Shown here: positions 24,947-36,527 of the stretch, in pieces
How the letters are laid out: each line of letters opens with the position of its first letter
Position numbering within the stretch: position 1 is the first letter of the stretch
Assembly: GCF_041956535.1 (NCBI RefSeq)
Contig: NW_027192197.1
Coordinates: 747,264 to 811,263 of the forward strand
Length of the DNA stretch: 64,000 nucleotides
Source: Calcarisporiella thermophila CBS 279.70
Lineage: Eukaryota; Fungi; Calcarisporiellomycota
Direction: 5' to 3'
Notes under the pieces: generated by a model
The model's input: the letters and a program-made list of their open reading frames with translations, nothing else
What the model was told of the DNA's origin: nothing
The model's database searches: none
Translations under genes and position numbers: made by a program

Positions 24947-25475
24947 TTTAGAAAAACAACCCTAACGGTCTGCTCCTAATGAGGATTTTTAATTGTTATT
25001 CTAAAAGTAGCTCTGTAATAATCTTCTACCTTTTTTTTTCCTTGTTATTGATGTGTTTTTTCATAGGATCTAATTCGAATTTCTATTCCTGATAACTTCG
25101 AATGTATTACAATTAAGTGCTCAGAATCATTAGCTTGAATTCCATAGGCGTCGAATGCTTAACATTCTTTGACAGATAACACAGTGCAACGGAAGACAAC
25201 GTTAAACAAGGTGACTTAAGCGCATTCTCAAATGATTTAATACAATTTAGATATTAAAGGCGAGCGTTTATATTGGCCTAGCAATAGGAGTATAGAGATT
25301 ATGGGATTACAATTGCTTGCACATCATTGTCCAATACGTATGTCGATAACAAAAGATGGATTTTTTGTGTCATTAATTCAATAAAATGCTTTCTTAAGGG
25401 TCCATATGTCTTCTTGTTTCAATTGGCAAATTCATAATGTCATAAAGTCCATCGTCATCCAGTAGTCCATTAGTC

Positions 25476-25790
25476 TATGAGTGCCAGGGAAAATACGACC
25501 TAGCTGGGCCATTTTTTCAACGAGTGCGGACGAACATTGAGAGAGGGATGACAATCGATAACCCATTTACTGCAGACGAACTTAATAACTTAGCCGGACT
25601 CTATGAGAGCCAGGGGAAATATGGGCTAGCTGAGCCTTTATTTAATCGAGTGCTGACAAGCTTGGAGAAAGCGCTAGGATCTGAGCACGCAGATATTGCG
25701 AGAACACTTAATAAGTTAGTCCGACTCTATGAGAGCCAAGGAAAATATGAACAAGCTAAATCTCTACAAAAAAGAGCTTTTAGCATTTAG
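25476..25790 (+). pseudogene. TPR fragment (about 2.5 repeats) of the same NLR/TPR family
   Basis: LNNLAGLYESQGKYGLAEPLF and LVRLYESQGKYEQAK repeats; no plausible 5' end. Confidence 0.75.
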
Positions 25791-26112
25791 AGACATTACA
25801 TTTTGATCTGTTCGCAGAGCACTGTAGTCATTCTGGAAAATTTAAACTTGATCCAGAAATACCATAGCAGTCAAATTCTAAAAGGATTAATAATTATTAT
25901 TTTAAAGAATGGTTTTGTGATAATCTATTTAGTATCTATTTTTGGTGCGATCTTTTATAGTGCTTTGACATTAGTGCAAAGACATGTTTTGAGAAATGAG
26001 GTTTTTATTAAACCCTACAAAACCCGCCCGGTGAAAACCGCTAGAAAACATATAGAAGCATGTTTAACAGATGGAGGACGTTCACGATTCCCTCAAATTT
26101 TCAACAAATTCA

Positions 26113-26926
26113 CTAAAATTTGTAGACTCTTCTCCCATTATGAATATCGTGAAAAGTAGGTGAAAAGTTAGTTTTTAAAAAATTTAGGAATCGTGAACGT
26201 TCAATGGGCTCACGATCCACAAACAAAGAGTCGAGAAAAGCTTCAACTAGCGGTAGTGGTTCTGTATCGTCGCAAAGTTCCACATCAGAATCATATTTTG
26301 TAGGCACGGTGTGAGTAATATAGGGTCATCCTCTTCAATTGCTTCATGAAGCTACTTGTATATCATTACTAAAGCGAGCAATTGGGAGAACAATAACAAA
26401 GATCAAACCTACCATTTCAATAAACCACTTTTCCTGCAGAATGTTTTCAAAAACCAATGTACGCCCATTGTCATCAGTCGGCCGTGCAATAATGTGATAT
26501 GAAGGTTTCATCGTTGAGGATCCTGTATGCTGATGTGCACTAGAGACTGCAAATCCGGATGCACTCCCACAATGTACCCCGAAAGGTTCCTGCAATACTC
26601 TAGTGTAGACCTCAAACAAATATCTGCAAATATACGCAAATATTTCAGCATTTGTTGACCACCGCATCCACAGGTTCAATTCCACTCACCTGACTATGGT
26701 ACTCTCTTGAAATTGATCGCGTCTAAATACCGACCACCCTGGCGACACTTTTCACCCGTTCAAGAAAACGAGGAACATCATCGACTATTCCAAAGGCAGA
26801 CATTCCTCGTTTCACTAGAACATTATCTTCATTTTTACGCTGAAGAGCAAACGCTTGCGGACCACAATCATCTGTTCGTGCCCTATCGTAAAAAAATACC
26901 GTCTCATGAAATACAAATTGCTTCAT
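26113..26926 (-). pseudogene. Archaeo-eukaryotic primase (PrimPol/NCLDV-type) relic
   Basis: FAVSSA...KPSYHII...VFEN resembles AEP motif II (SxH), and a frameshifted YLDA(D) resembles motif I. Stops and frameshifts are present. Confidence 0.5.
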
Positions 26927-27128
26927 GTATTTGATGGATGGCTAAGTGGATAACAAGATAAAATTTTTCTGATTCCACCCCCCCCTCTCCCCCACAAGCC
27001 ACTATTTGATTCTAGGAAACTTTTGGAATCGATGGGAAGTTTGGGCAGTTGAGTACCTCCAGCCAAATTACTATGCGCAGCACAGCCTCCCAACTGGATC
27101 ATTTCCTCCTTGCCTATTACCCAACCTA

Positions 27129-28781
27129 AAGTACCTCCGGAAAATTTTGGGGCAACTTCGTATTTTTAATAATTTGATCATATTTCCTGAAAGTCTACTA
27201 TTACAAATAAATATTATTTATATTTTAAAAACTAACTTTGCCTGCTTTCATTATGTTCACAATATTGGTTATTTTGTTTGCAACTTTACAGGGATATAGC
27301 GATTTATTATTAAAATGAAGTGGGACAATTTTGACCAATATAAACCGGGGTTGATTTGTACCCTTGTAACTCGATATCTAAAGGTGTCTATGGCGCGAAA
27401 GTTGCTCAACGTTTTCTGCTAACCAGACTCTTATTTATTGTATAAAACAAGCCCTATGCCTCGAATCACCCCAAGTAAACGTGCTCGCTTATCCGTCCTC
27501 CTCGAAGAGGGATACTCGACACGCGAAATTGCCGCCCGAGAAGGCATTGGAAAAAGTAGCGTGGCAAGAATACTCCAGAATAAAGAGAATGCATCAATTA
27601 ATCCTCCAAGAAAGAAAAGGGGTCGCCCACGCAAATTATCCATCCGTGGTGAAAATAGATTATGTAGAAGCGTGGCGACAGGAGAGTGTAAGAACGCAGT
27701 CAAGGCGCAAGAACTTTGGAACGAGACGACTGAGGAGGCTATATCCGTGAACACTGTTCGTGAAGCACTCCATCGTAATGATTTTGTAGCTAGGGTCAAG
27801 AGAAAAAACCCTTTTCTATCGAAAAGGCATCGCCTTAGGAGACTGGCATTTGCAAAGAAATACAGCAGTTGGACCATAGAAGATTGGAGCCGTGTCATAT
27901 TTTCGGACGAGTGCCAAATACGCATCTTTGGCAATGAAAGGCGAGAGTGGTTCTGGAAGAAGCGTAATGAACCACTACAAGGGCGTCATATACAGCCAAC
28001 GATCAAACACGGTGGCGGAAACATTATGATGTGGGGATGCATGACTTCATACGGCATTGGAAGGGCATGTCGCATAATAGAAAATCTTAACACTGAAATA
28101 TATTCAAGAATCCTCGACCAAGAGATGATAGCCACTCTTCAACTGTATAATCTCAGCAAACAAGAAATAATGTTTCAACACGACTACGACCCCAAGCACA
28201 AAGCCAAACTCATTGATCGATGGTTTGAAAATAATCAAATCCAAGTTCTCGATTGGCCTTCACAATCTCCAGATCTCAACCCCATAGAAAATTTATGGGC
28301 TGAGATAAAAGTACGTCTGAGGAGCAGATTCCCAAAGATAACGAGCCAGGATGATCTGTGGGAAAAGGTGAATATCGTCTGGGAGTCACTCACTCAGGAG
28401 GATTGTTTGAAGTTGATCCGCACGGTGACGGAACGGATCCAAGCCGTTATTAAGGCAAAAGGAGGATATACTAAGTGGTAGTGGGAGAGCACTTTATTTA
28501 TACAAATTATTGAGTATTCATTATAATGCCCATGTAAAGAAAGAGAATAAAATGTTGGCACCATGTAAAATCTCTATATATGAATTTAAGAAATTTTCCG
28601 AAATATATTAATATTTCACTTGAAGAGAATTAGTAAAGGGTATTCAGTTGTATATGTAATGGTAACGGTGTAAATGGGCTTTTCAAATATTTAATAGTTT
28701 TTTATACGGTCGTTGTTTGTAAAGAAATATTTAGGTAAAAGAAAAAATTTTTAGGTGCCCCAAAAATTTCCGGAGATACTT
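27129..28781 (+). mobile_element. Tc1/mariner DNA transposon
   Basis: Imperfect 28-bp TIRs AAGTACCTCCGGAAAATTTTGGGGCAAC / GGTGCCCCAAAAATTTCCGGAGATACTT, flanked by TA at 27127-27128 and 28782-28783. Confidence 0.92.
27456..28481 (+). CDS. Tc1-family DD34E transposase, open frame
   Basis: HTH with GRPRK, FSDE, FQHDYDPKH (usually DND), WPSQSPDLNPIENLW; 34 residues between the second D and the E; ends GGYTKW. Confidence 0.93.
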   Translation: MPRITPSKRARLSVLLEEGYSTREIAAREGIGKSSVARILQNKENASINPPRKKRGRPRKLSIRGENRLCRSVATGECKNAVKAQELWNETTEEAISVNTVREALHRNDFVARVKRKNPFLSKRHRLRRLAFAKKYSSWTIEDWSRVIFSDECQIRIFGNERREWFWKKRNEPLQGRHIQPTIKHGGGNIMMWGCMTSYGIGRACRIIENLNTEIYSRILDQEMIATLQLYNLSKQEIMFQHDYDPKHKAKLIDRWFENNQIQVLDWPSQSPDLNPIENLWAEIKVRLRSRFPKITSQDDLWEKVNIVWESLTQEDCLKLIRTVTERIQAVIKAKGGYTKW

Positions 28782-29041
28782 TATATACCTATCATTTTAT
28801 TTTCTTTTTTTTTCACTTTTTTATTATTTCAAAAAATAAAGATTATAAAAAACAATAAAGGATAACCCCCCCCCCCAGTATATGAAGATCACTTTATGAA
28901 AAATATTCATAGGATGATATTCTCAGCAGGGAATAAAAAAGATTTATAAGAATATAGCATATAAACCGAAACAAAAATCTTAATACTAGTATTATACTTA
29001 TAACAAGACTATTAGAATGGGCTCATATATCATGTATAATA

Positions 29042-29224
29042 CTAACAGGACTCTCCAGGTTCATCACATCTAGGACCTTTCACACACTGGTATCCTGAAC
29101 ATATGCATCCAGGATCACAGTCCAGGGTAGCTCTACAACTACCACAACAATCACACCATCCCGCGTTTACCACGGACAGTGATGCAATAGCAAAAATCAA
29201 AAAAAGGGTCGCTGTTATTTTCAT
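29042..29224 (-). CDS. Small secreted cysteine-rich peptide (21-aa signal peptide + 39-aa mature peptide, 10 Cys)
   Basis: MKITATLFLIFAIASLSVVNA|GWCDCCGSCRATLDCDPGCICSGYQCVKGPRCDEPGESC; TATAAAT about 55 bp upstream on the minus strand; AT-rich flanks. Confidence 0.8.
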   Translation of the reverse strand: MKITATLFLIFAIASLSVVNAGWCDCCGSCRATLDCDPGCICSGYQCVKGPRCDEPGESC

Positions 29225-29789
29225 TTCTTAAATGAGTTATCAATTCTTGACCGTTAAATTCCCAGCAAAAGGACCTATTTATAGGGAGAAACTATTGAAA
29301 ACCTAATATCAATGCGTATATTCTTTGGAGTCGTAAAATTTCTCTCACCTGATTTAAAGGAAGCTGCAAAGTACATGTGCTATACCGGTCTAAGATAAGG
29401 ATAAAATCCGCCATATAGTTATATCCTTTTTAAGTCATGTTTTTTGGACTTTATTTGAAACTCACTTATATTAACGGACTCGGGTCCGTATAAAGCATAG
29501 TGAAAAATATAAAAAATTGTAAAGAGAATTAACGTTCCAATATATGATATCAGGTGTAGAGAACTTTGCAGCATATATGCTTCTATGGTTATTGCATAAT
29601 GGTGGGTTTTTCAATTTTTCTCTACTTTTTTTTATCAAATTGATCATATTAATTAAAAATTGCATGAAAATTAGTGGTATCGATACAATTGTGCTAAGCT
29701 CTCAATGGATGCTTGACTGTAATTAATCAAATATTCGTATACCAAAGCAATGCCATTGACGGTTCAGTCCTCCTTGAGCAGTACGTGCT

Positions 29790-30545
29790 TTAAAAATATA
29801 AGGCAACATTCGTCGATCGCCTGGAAGGGAGAGCTTCCAGGCGATTGACGAGTGTTGTCTTTCCCATCATATTAGTACTACTGATATTAGCCTGTGCTCG
29901 CACATAGTCTCGAAATTTTGAATAGATGGCTGAAGAGGGTGTATAAAGCTTTCGTTGAATCGCTTCTTCTAATGGGAGCAACGCTTCTGCAATCTCGCAT
30001 TTTTCCGTCAGAAAGTGCTCAAAATAATCAACGTCTCGCCAAAATGCTCGAGTATCCTGTTCAATGGATGCTGACCATTTGATCCGGCGTTCCTGATAGT
30101 AACGATAAGACCCTCGCAATAGCCAGAGCAAAAGTTGACGTCGAAACGTCACTTCCAGGACTTTGTCGTCGATACATTTGTCCGCCACACGTTCGTTTTT
30201 TTCCAGTTCGTCACCCGGTTGCTTCTCTGTGTTGAAGAATATATTGAACTTGAATACGCGTATACGAGAAGTTAAGGAGCGCTCAACCTGGACGCTGGGC
30301 ATCGCGTTTGTGCTCACGATGAATGTGTGTGTCGGATAACGTATCGTAAATGATGACTATCCGTACGCCTTACGAATTATCAAGGCGTCTCCTCCTGAGA
30401 GCTGCTTTAGTTTAGCCACATTGAGCTCTTCGTTCACGTTTAGCTTGTCTATAAGCGCAAACAGAGCTCCGAACAAGGCAACCAGTTGGGCTGTGTGTGC
30501 ATTTTCACTAGTTTTGGCCGTTTTAGAGATCACCTTTTTATGGAC
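29790..30545 (-). pseudogene. D5/P4-type SF3 helicase relic (C-terminal half)
   Basis: Manual translation AQLVALFGALFALIDKLN..LKQLSGGDALIIRKAYG*..TFIVSTNAMP..SRIRVFKF..DYFEHFLTEKC..SSAIYSKF matches D5 Walker B, motif C and the winged helix. It has an in-frame stop and no Walker A. Confidence 0.8.
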
Positions 30546-30915
30546 ATTTTATCTCCATAATCAAGGTGAATTATCCAGAGAAAGTCATCTTCGTTATCAT
30601 ATAAGATGGTGCGGAAGCTATGTTCCAAAAGCAACTACTAAAGTCTCCCTTATACGTTTTGCCGCAGCCAACGCATTTGGACCCCGCGCCAGATAAAGTG
30701 CTTGTCGCGGGTCGAATGTCAGCTTTCGTGTTATTTATAGAATTCTCGAATTAAATAAAGGGGATAGTGTAGCCAGTCAGGCTTGGTGTGGGAGCCCCAT
30801 TGTTGGTGGCGGGAATTCGAAATAAATTGGCCGGGCTTATATCTCGTTCCTCTTTCGTTCTTCTCTTTTTTCCCAACCATCTGTCTCGTTCTTTTCTCGT
30901 ATTTCACCACGCATC

Positions 30916-32297
30916 ATGGCCTCCGGAAACCTCGAAGTTCGCGTTATTTGCGGACGCGACATGAAAAACCAGGTAAATGCCTCTTTTGCACCTCCTCCAT
31001 GAAGTCCCCAAGAATCTAATGCATTGCATCCGTGAACCATTTCGCGCATCCTTTTCATCAGGAAATTATGGGCAAACAAGACCCGTACACAAAGCTTGGA
31101 TTTGACGTCACTGGCAAGGAGCTTGCCAAGACTCAAACACATCGCGCTGGAGGTCAGAATCCTCAGTGGAACCAGAATTTCAACTTCAATGTTTATCCCC
31201 AGAATTCCGAACTTTTCGTGGAGGTGAGTTCAATTTTCGTCCAGTACATCGTTATCCAATAACGCATTGATTTCTCTGTTGAAATTTAAGGTATGGGATG
31301 AGGAGGCTGCACTGGATGATCTCATTGGCTTCTGTGCAATTCCACTCGATCAAGTGTACCGCAACAACGGCTATATGAACGCGTGGTTCGAGATTTTTTT
31401 GGTAGGGTTGTTATTGGGAAACCTTAATTTACAATCAAGGGTCCCGGGCTGACGTTTTTATTCTCATCATTAATTAGCCCAAGGGTTATACCTCGGGAGA
31501 AATCAATCTGATTCTTATCCACCAAAACCAACAGCCCCAAAATACGGGCTATGGCCCAGTCAAGGGCTACTCCTACATGAACCCGCAGCACCTGCAGCGC
31601 ATGAAGTCCAGTGAAAAGCGCAAGGTTGCTGCTGAGGTCGGAGCGGTGGGTCTTGGCGGTGCACTTGCCGTCGGTGCTGGCTTCCTTGTAAATAAAATCA
31701 TCCAAGACCAGCGACACGCGGAAGATGAGAAGCGTCACCAAGAGGAGGAGGCAGCGCGTTTACAGCAGGAGGCCGAGCAGCGCAGACAGCAGGAGGAACT
31801 CGCACGCCGGCAGCAATTGGATGAGGAGCGACGCCGATTTGAGCAAGAGAAGCAGCAGTGGTCTCAGCAACAGCATCAATCACAGACATCGCCACAATAT
31901 CAGCAGCACCAAGGTGGTGGTGACTTTGGTGGTGTGAAGCATTATGGAGGTGGTCATGGTGCCCGTGAATGGGATCCTGTTGGCACGTACGTAAACCATA
32001 ATTGATGCGCTGGTCCTCTAGGTATTCTTTTAACGCTATTTTGTAGATATGCTATGGGAGATCGCGTCAGCTATCATGGCCGCACCTACGTCTGCTTACA
32101 GGGCCATACTTCCAACCCTACCTGGTAATATTTTAACCTGTATTGGATATATTTTTATTTACAAGCAATTAACCCGTGTATTTATGTAGGATGCCCGGTA
32201 CCTATACATGCTCTCCCCTTACTGTATAGTAAAACACCTGACCTTTTTTCTCTTTGTTTATATAGGTGTAGCTCACTCGCTCTGGCAGGCCCAATAA
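30916..32297 (+). CDS. C2 - Gly-rich helix - coiled coil - CBM5/12-like protein, copy 2 (7 exons, including an 8-nt microexon)
   Basis: MASGNLEVRVICGRDMKNQ|EIMGKQDPY..GGQNPQWNQ..WDEE..DDLIG; ends WDPVGT|YAMGDRVSYHGRTYVCLQGHTSNPTW|MP|GVAHSLWQAQ*. Confidence 0.85.
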
Positions 32298-32957
32298 ATA
32301 TATCGCAAGCATCCCTGATGACACTCATGTTTATGCCATTAGTATTATCCAGTGAGGATATGTCTATGGGAGGGGTTGGGAAAATACTAATTTCATCTTC
32401 GTACTTTCTTCAAGTGAATATAAAATAAATATGCATTTTCTTATCGACTCTTGCAACCAAGTGCTGAGGATAACAGCAGATTGTTTTTGAATGCACTGGC
32501 AATTGGTAGGATAAAAGCCAATTAGCCGTTGGTTTTCTTGAGTAAGATGACGTCAACTTACCCTAAAATGGGCATAATAAGTCTCTCAGCCTTTATTCCT
32601 ATCCCGACAACACTCGAGCTGCTATCCCAGTAGCCTTTGAATGACGTTGGTAAATTTTGCAATGGAACTACCGCCAGGGGCACGTTGCTCATTTCGCCGA
32701 CTCACGAGAGCACCTAGTGTCTCTGCTTCAGTGAACCTGCTGCGGCTATCAACCACACCATAATAATTCTAAGAAATGCGAGAGAGCCAAATTGTCCAAT
32801 GAACTCCGGCAGAAGCCCAAAGAAGCAAATTTCCGACACTCGGCTTATCAATAGATAAGTTTGGGTGGCTAATGAAAGGAGTCACAAAATCCGGGGAACG
32901 CCCAGTATCCAGAGGAGAAACGAGCGCTTTATAAGAGTGGGCAACCATTATTAAAAG

Positions 32958-35695
32958 ATGACTAGACAGTCCCATGAAATTTCACATTCATCAGATATGG
33001 CGCGCTCTACATCAAGCGAACGCTCACTAACCCACAACAATCTTGAACATCATGCTCCCTCTAACCACCACCATGTAAAGCATTCCTCCGAATCGGGAAG
33101 AGAGAACCTGGATTACCACTATGATGACAGCGAGGAAGAAGAGGAGGAAGATGATGCCGATGTAGAAGAACTAGATTTGGCAATGGTGATGGCTGAAAGT
33201 GAAGACAGCAACAAGCTTCAAGGAGTTGCACGTATTAAAGGGTGGACACGAACTTGGCGCATGATACTGTTAACCATTTGTTTAGCTGGGTACGTTGCCA
33301 CTTTAATATACAACCTATATTGAGTAATGGAGGAATGTCAATAGGTTACTAACTTTTGACAATATTCTTTAACCTGCTTGCCACAATTACCTTTGATATT
33401 AGGCTACAATTCACATGTAATGTCTTGTTTTGAGGATATATCTACTCACTTTAGTCTCATCGTTTTATCCTAACATAGGGTCAGTGGAAATGGCATACGG
33501 CACCCCGTACCTTCTCTCGCTAGGACTTTCTAAATCTACCATGTCACTCGTGTGGATCGCCGGGCCGCTTTCTGGCCTCGTAATGCAGCCGGTCATTGGC
33601 GCATTCTCAGACAGCTGTACTTCAAAATTAGGGCGCAGGAGACCATTCATGCTGGGTGGCTGTGCGTTTGTCGTCGTCACATTACTTATTATTGGGTGGA
33701 CGCGGGAGATAGGAAAACTCTTGACTGGAGGAGAAGATAGTACAGCAGTATGTGATACTAGTAGAGCTAGCCTTGATTCCTCCAGCTTATTCATCATCTT
33801 ATTTCTCGGATAGTATCCCAAATTTATTGCAGCCGTTGGCGTGGCGTCCATCTATATTTTAGATTTTTCAATTAATACAGGTAGGAGTCGATTCGAAGGG
33901 CGTACACGGATTTTTCTTTGAAAATACAGGGTGCTAAATCTGTTACCTTTTCCATTTTGCTTTGTTTCCCAGTGCAAGCTGCATCTAGAGCATTGATTGT
34001 GGATAGTCTTCCCCCATCTCAACAAGAAGAGGGAAGTGCCTGGGCCAGCAGGATGATTGGGTTGGGAGCTATTGGTGGCTATTTTATGTATGGCATCAAA
34101 GCAGTTTTTTTTTTCTCACCTTCAGCTTCACAGTCGTGCTCACCTCTTTTGAATATAGGGGCTTCATTAATCTTGTAGCGATATTCCCAATTTTTGGCAA
34201 CACCCAGCTGAAAGTTCTATGTGTCATTGCATCGGCCGTCCTCATTCTCAGTGAAGCCATCACCTGCTATGCCGTCATTGAACGCGTGCTTCCCAAAGAT
34301 TCCGCGGCAAAAGCAACCAAGGCAGCGTCCCGCCCCCTGAGAACCTTTGCGGTCATTGCAAAACACATGTGGCATCTCCCGAAACCAGTGCAAAGGCTTT
34401 GTAATGTGCAGTTTTTCGCGTGGATGGGATGGTTCCCATTTTCCTTTTATTCAACGACGTGGATCGCCGAGATATATGCGAAAAACAATGCTGATGCGGT
34501 GGTCAGCGTCCCTTCTGGCGATAAAGTCGGATCTGCAACCCGCTCTGGCTCATACGCAATGTTAATCAATTCCGTTATATCGCTGCTCTCCTCTTTTCTT
34601 CTGCCCGTGTTCGTCAAACCCACGACTAGAAACACGCGGAGAAACTCCCGAATGGTGTCTGCGGCGTCGTCGGCGTCATCCGCGAATATTTTCCGGCGGG
34701 CCTGGGGTCGTGTGCAGCTTGCGTTTGGGCGAGTTTTACCCCTCGATTTCCTCACTCTACCCCGTACGTGGACCGCGTCGCACTTTTTGTTTTTCTTGGC
34801 CATGTTTTCCACCTTCTTCGTCGGGGATGTAACGGGGGCAACTGTGATCATCGCGATATGCGGGATGAGCTGGGCCGTTAGCATGTGGGCACCCTTTTCG
34901 CTCCTGGGAGAGTACATCACGAGACAAGATGAAGAGGTAGAGGCAGTGGCCGATGGGTTGGAGGGAGATGCAGGGATGGGGGTCGAGGATGTCGGTGCGG
35001 AGGAAGATACCTATCGACTTGTAGAGGCCAGGGGGAAGGGTGGTCGAGTGTCTTTTAGCAGCCACGAGGAAAACCTCGAGGAGGAGGAGATTGGCGACGA
35101 GGGGCACCCGGTGAGGGAGGAGAGAAGGAATGGAGGTGACGACTCCGCGGAAGAGACCCGGGGGTTGACCTCGTCGGGCGAGGCCGAGAAGGTGGGCGAG
35201 ATCAATCCGCCTCCCCCGGCAGCGTCGAATATGCGCCGGTCTTCCATAGGCTCCCGCCCTTCTCATCAGTGGCGGCGAAAGCTTGCGCAGCGCCGGCTCA
35301 CGAATCTCGCCATGCAGTCGACGTTTTCGCTTGCCTCCACCCTCGCGGTTAACCGACTTCCGACCCAACATGAATTGGAGAGGGGAGAGCAGCATGCCGA
35401 CGACGATGACACGCCCTCTGCTGGCATTCTCCTGGGCATCCACAACGTGTACGTGGTGCTTCCTCAGTTCGTAGTCACCTTCTTCTCTAGCGTGGTGTTT
35501 GCTCTGTTGGAGCCCGCACGGCCGGACGGATCGGGCGGCCATATGTTCGCCGATACGGGCAACTCGACGGTGCCCGCGGTGCCCAGCGAAACGGGAGAAA
35601 GCCATAGCGTGGATTCCATTGCGGTGGTATTGCGTTTTGGCGGCTTGATGGCCGGTGTCGCAGGGCTATTAAGCATCTATCTTTGGAAATCCTGA
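32958..35695 (+). CDS. MFS sucrose/alpha-glucoside transporter (SUT1/SLC45-like), multi-exon with a 14-nt microexon
   Basis: LAG|LQFT|WSVEMAYGTPYL, WIAGPLSGLVMQP, SDSCTSKLGRRRPF, QFFAWMGWFPF, GILLGIHNVYVVLPQ. Confidence 0.9.
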
Positions 35696-36527
35696 GCCAA
35701 CGGGGGGAGGCGGGAAGCCCGTATTTCTGCTAAAAAAAAAACAATGTCTTCTATTTCATGACAAAACTCGCCCCACCCCTTTTCCTTCTCATCTTTTCTC
35801 TCCTGTACTTATATATTCGCGCTATTTTTATTTTATTTTATTTTATTTTACATTATTTTCTCTTACTTTATTATACTTTACTCTATTTGCCCTGTTCTAT
35901 TTCATTCTATAGAATTTGAAAAGGCTTTTCCATAAACTCTTTTGCCGGTACAATTCCATAGGGCTGTACCCAGTCCTTTCTCCTTCCAATCTAGAAAGCT
36001 AAAATGACCACAGCCGCAGCCGAAAAGGTTGCCGGATCACCCAGGGTGATGGTGAGCAGCTTGGGGGGGCACTCTCCCATGCTTGCAGAACACTGTGAAA
36101 CTAACGCAGGGGCCAGCGTGTTGGGTTGGGCCGTGTTAGAGGAAGAGGTTGGCCTAATGAGTCATTTACATTAATTTATTAATTTAATTAAGAGTGTAGT
36201 AAACGCAATACGGGGAATCCAATGCTGCAAAAAAAAAGGTGAATTGGGTATGCGTATAAAGCATGGTATATCATACGAGAAAAGCTAGCCTAGGGTTGAG
36301 GGAGAGAGAAGGGGAGGTGGGGGACGGGGAGGTAGGAGGCAGGAGACCCTTAAGGATAGGAGCGCCGTGATCAAGGAGGCAATATGGCTTTGACCAAAAC
36401 TACGACAAGAATCATGGATTAGAAGACAAAACTGTATATATAAAGACCGTTCAACAATGGTGCTGACATGAAATGATGTCGATGACAAACGGCACGACAA
36501 AGCGCAATCAATGATGGCGGTGAGCAC

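Noticed and set aside
20215-30545. RIP-like CpA>TpA signature (H>Y, C>Y, Q>stop changes in MULE, NLR and D5)
   Set aside because: These substitutions are CpA/TpG by codon necessity, which is ascertainment bias. Testing it needs an alignment of copies.
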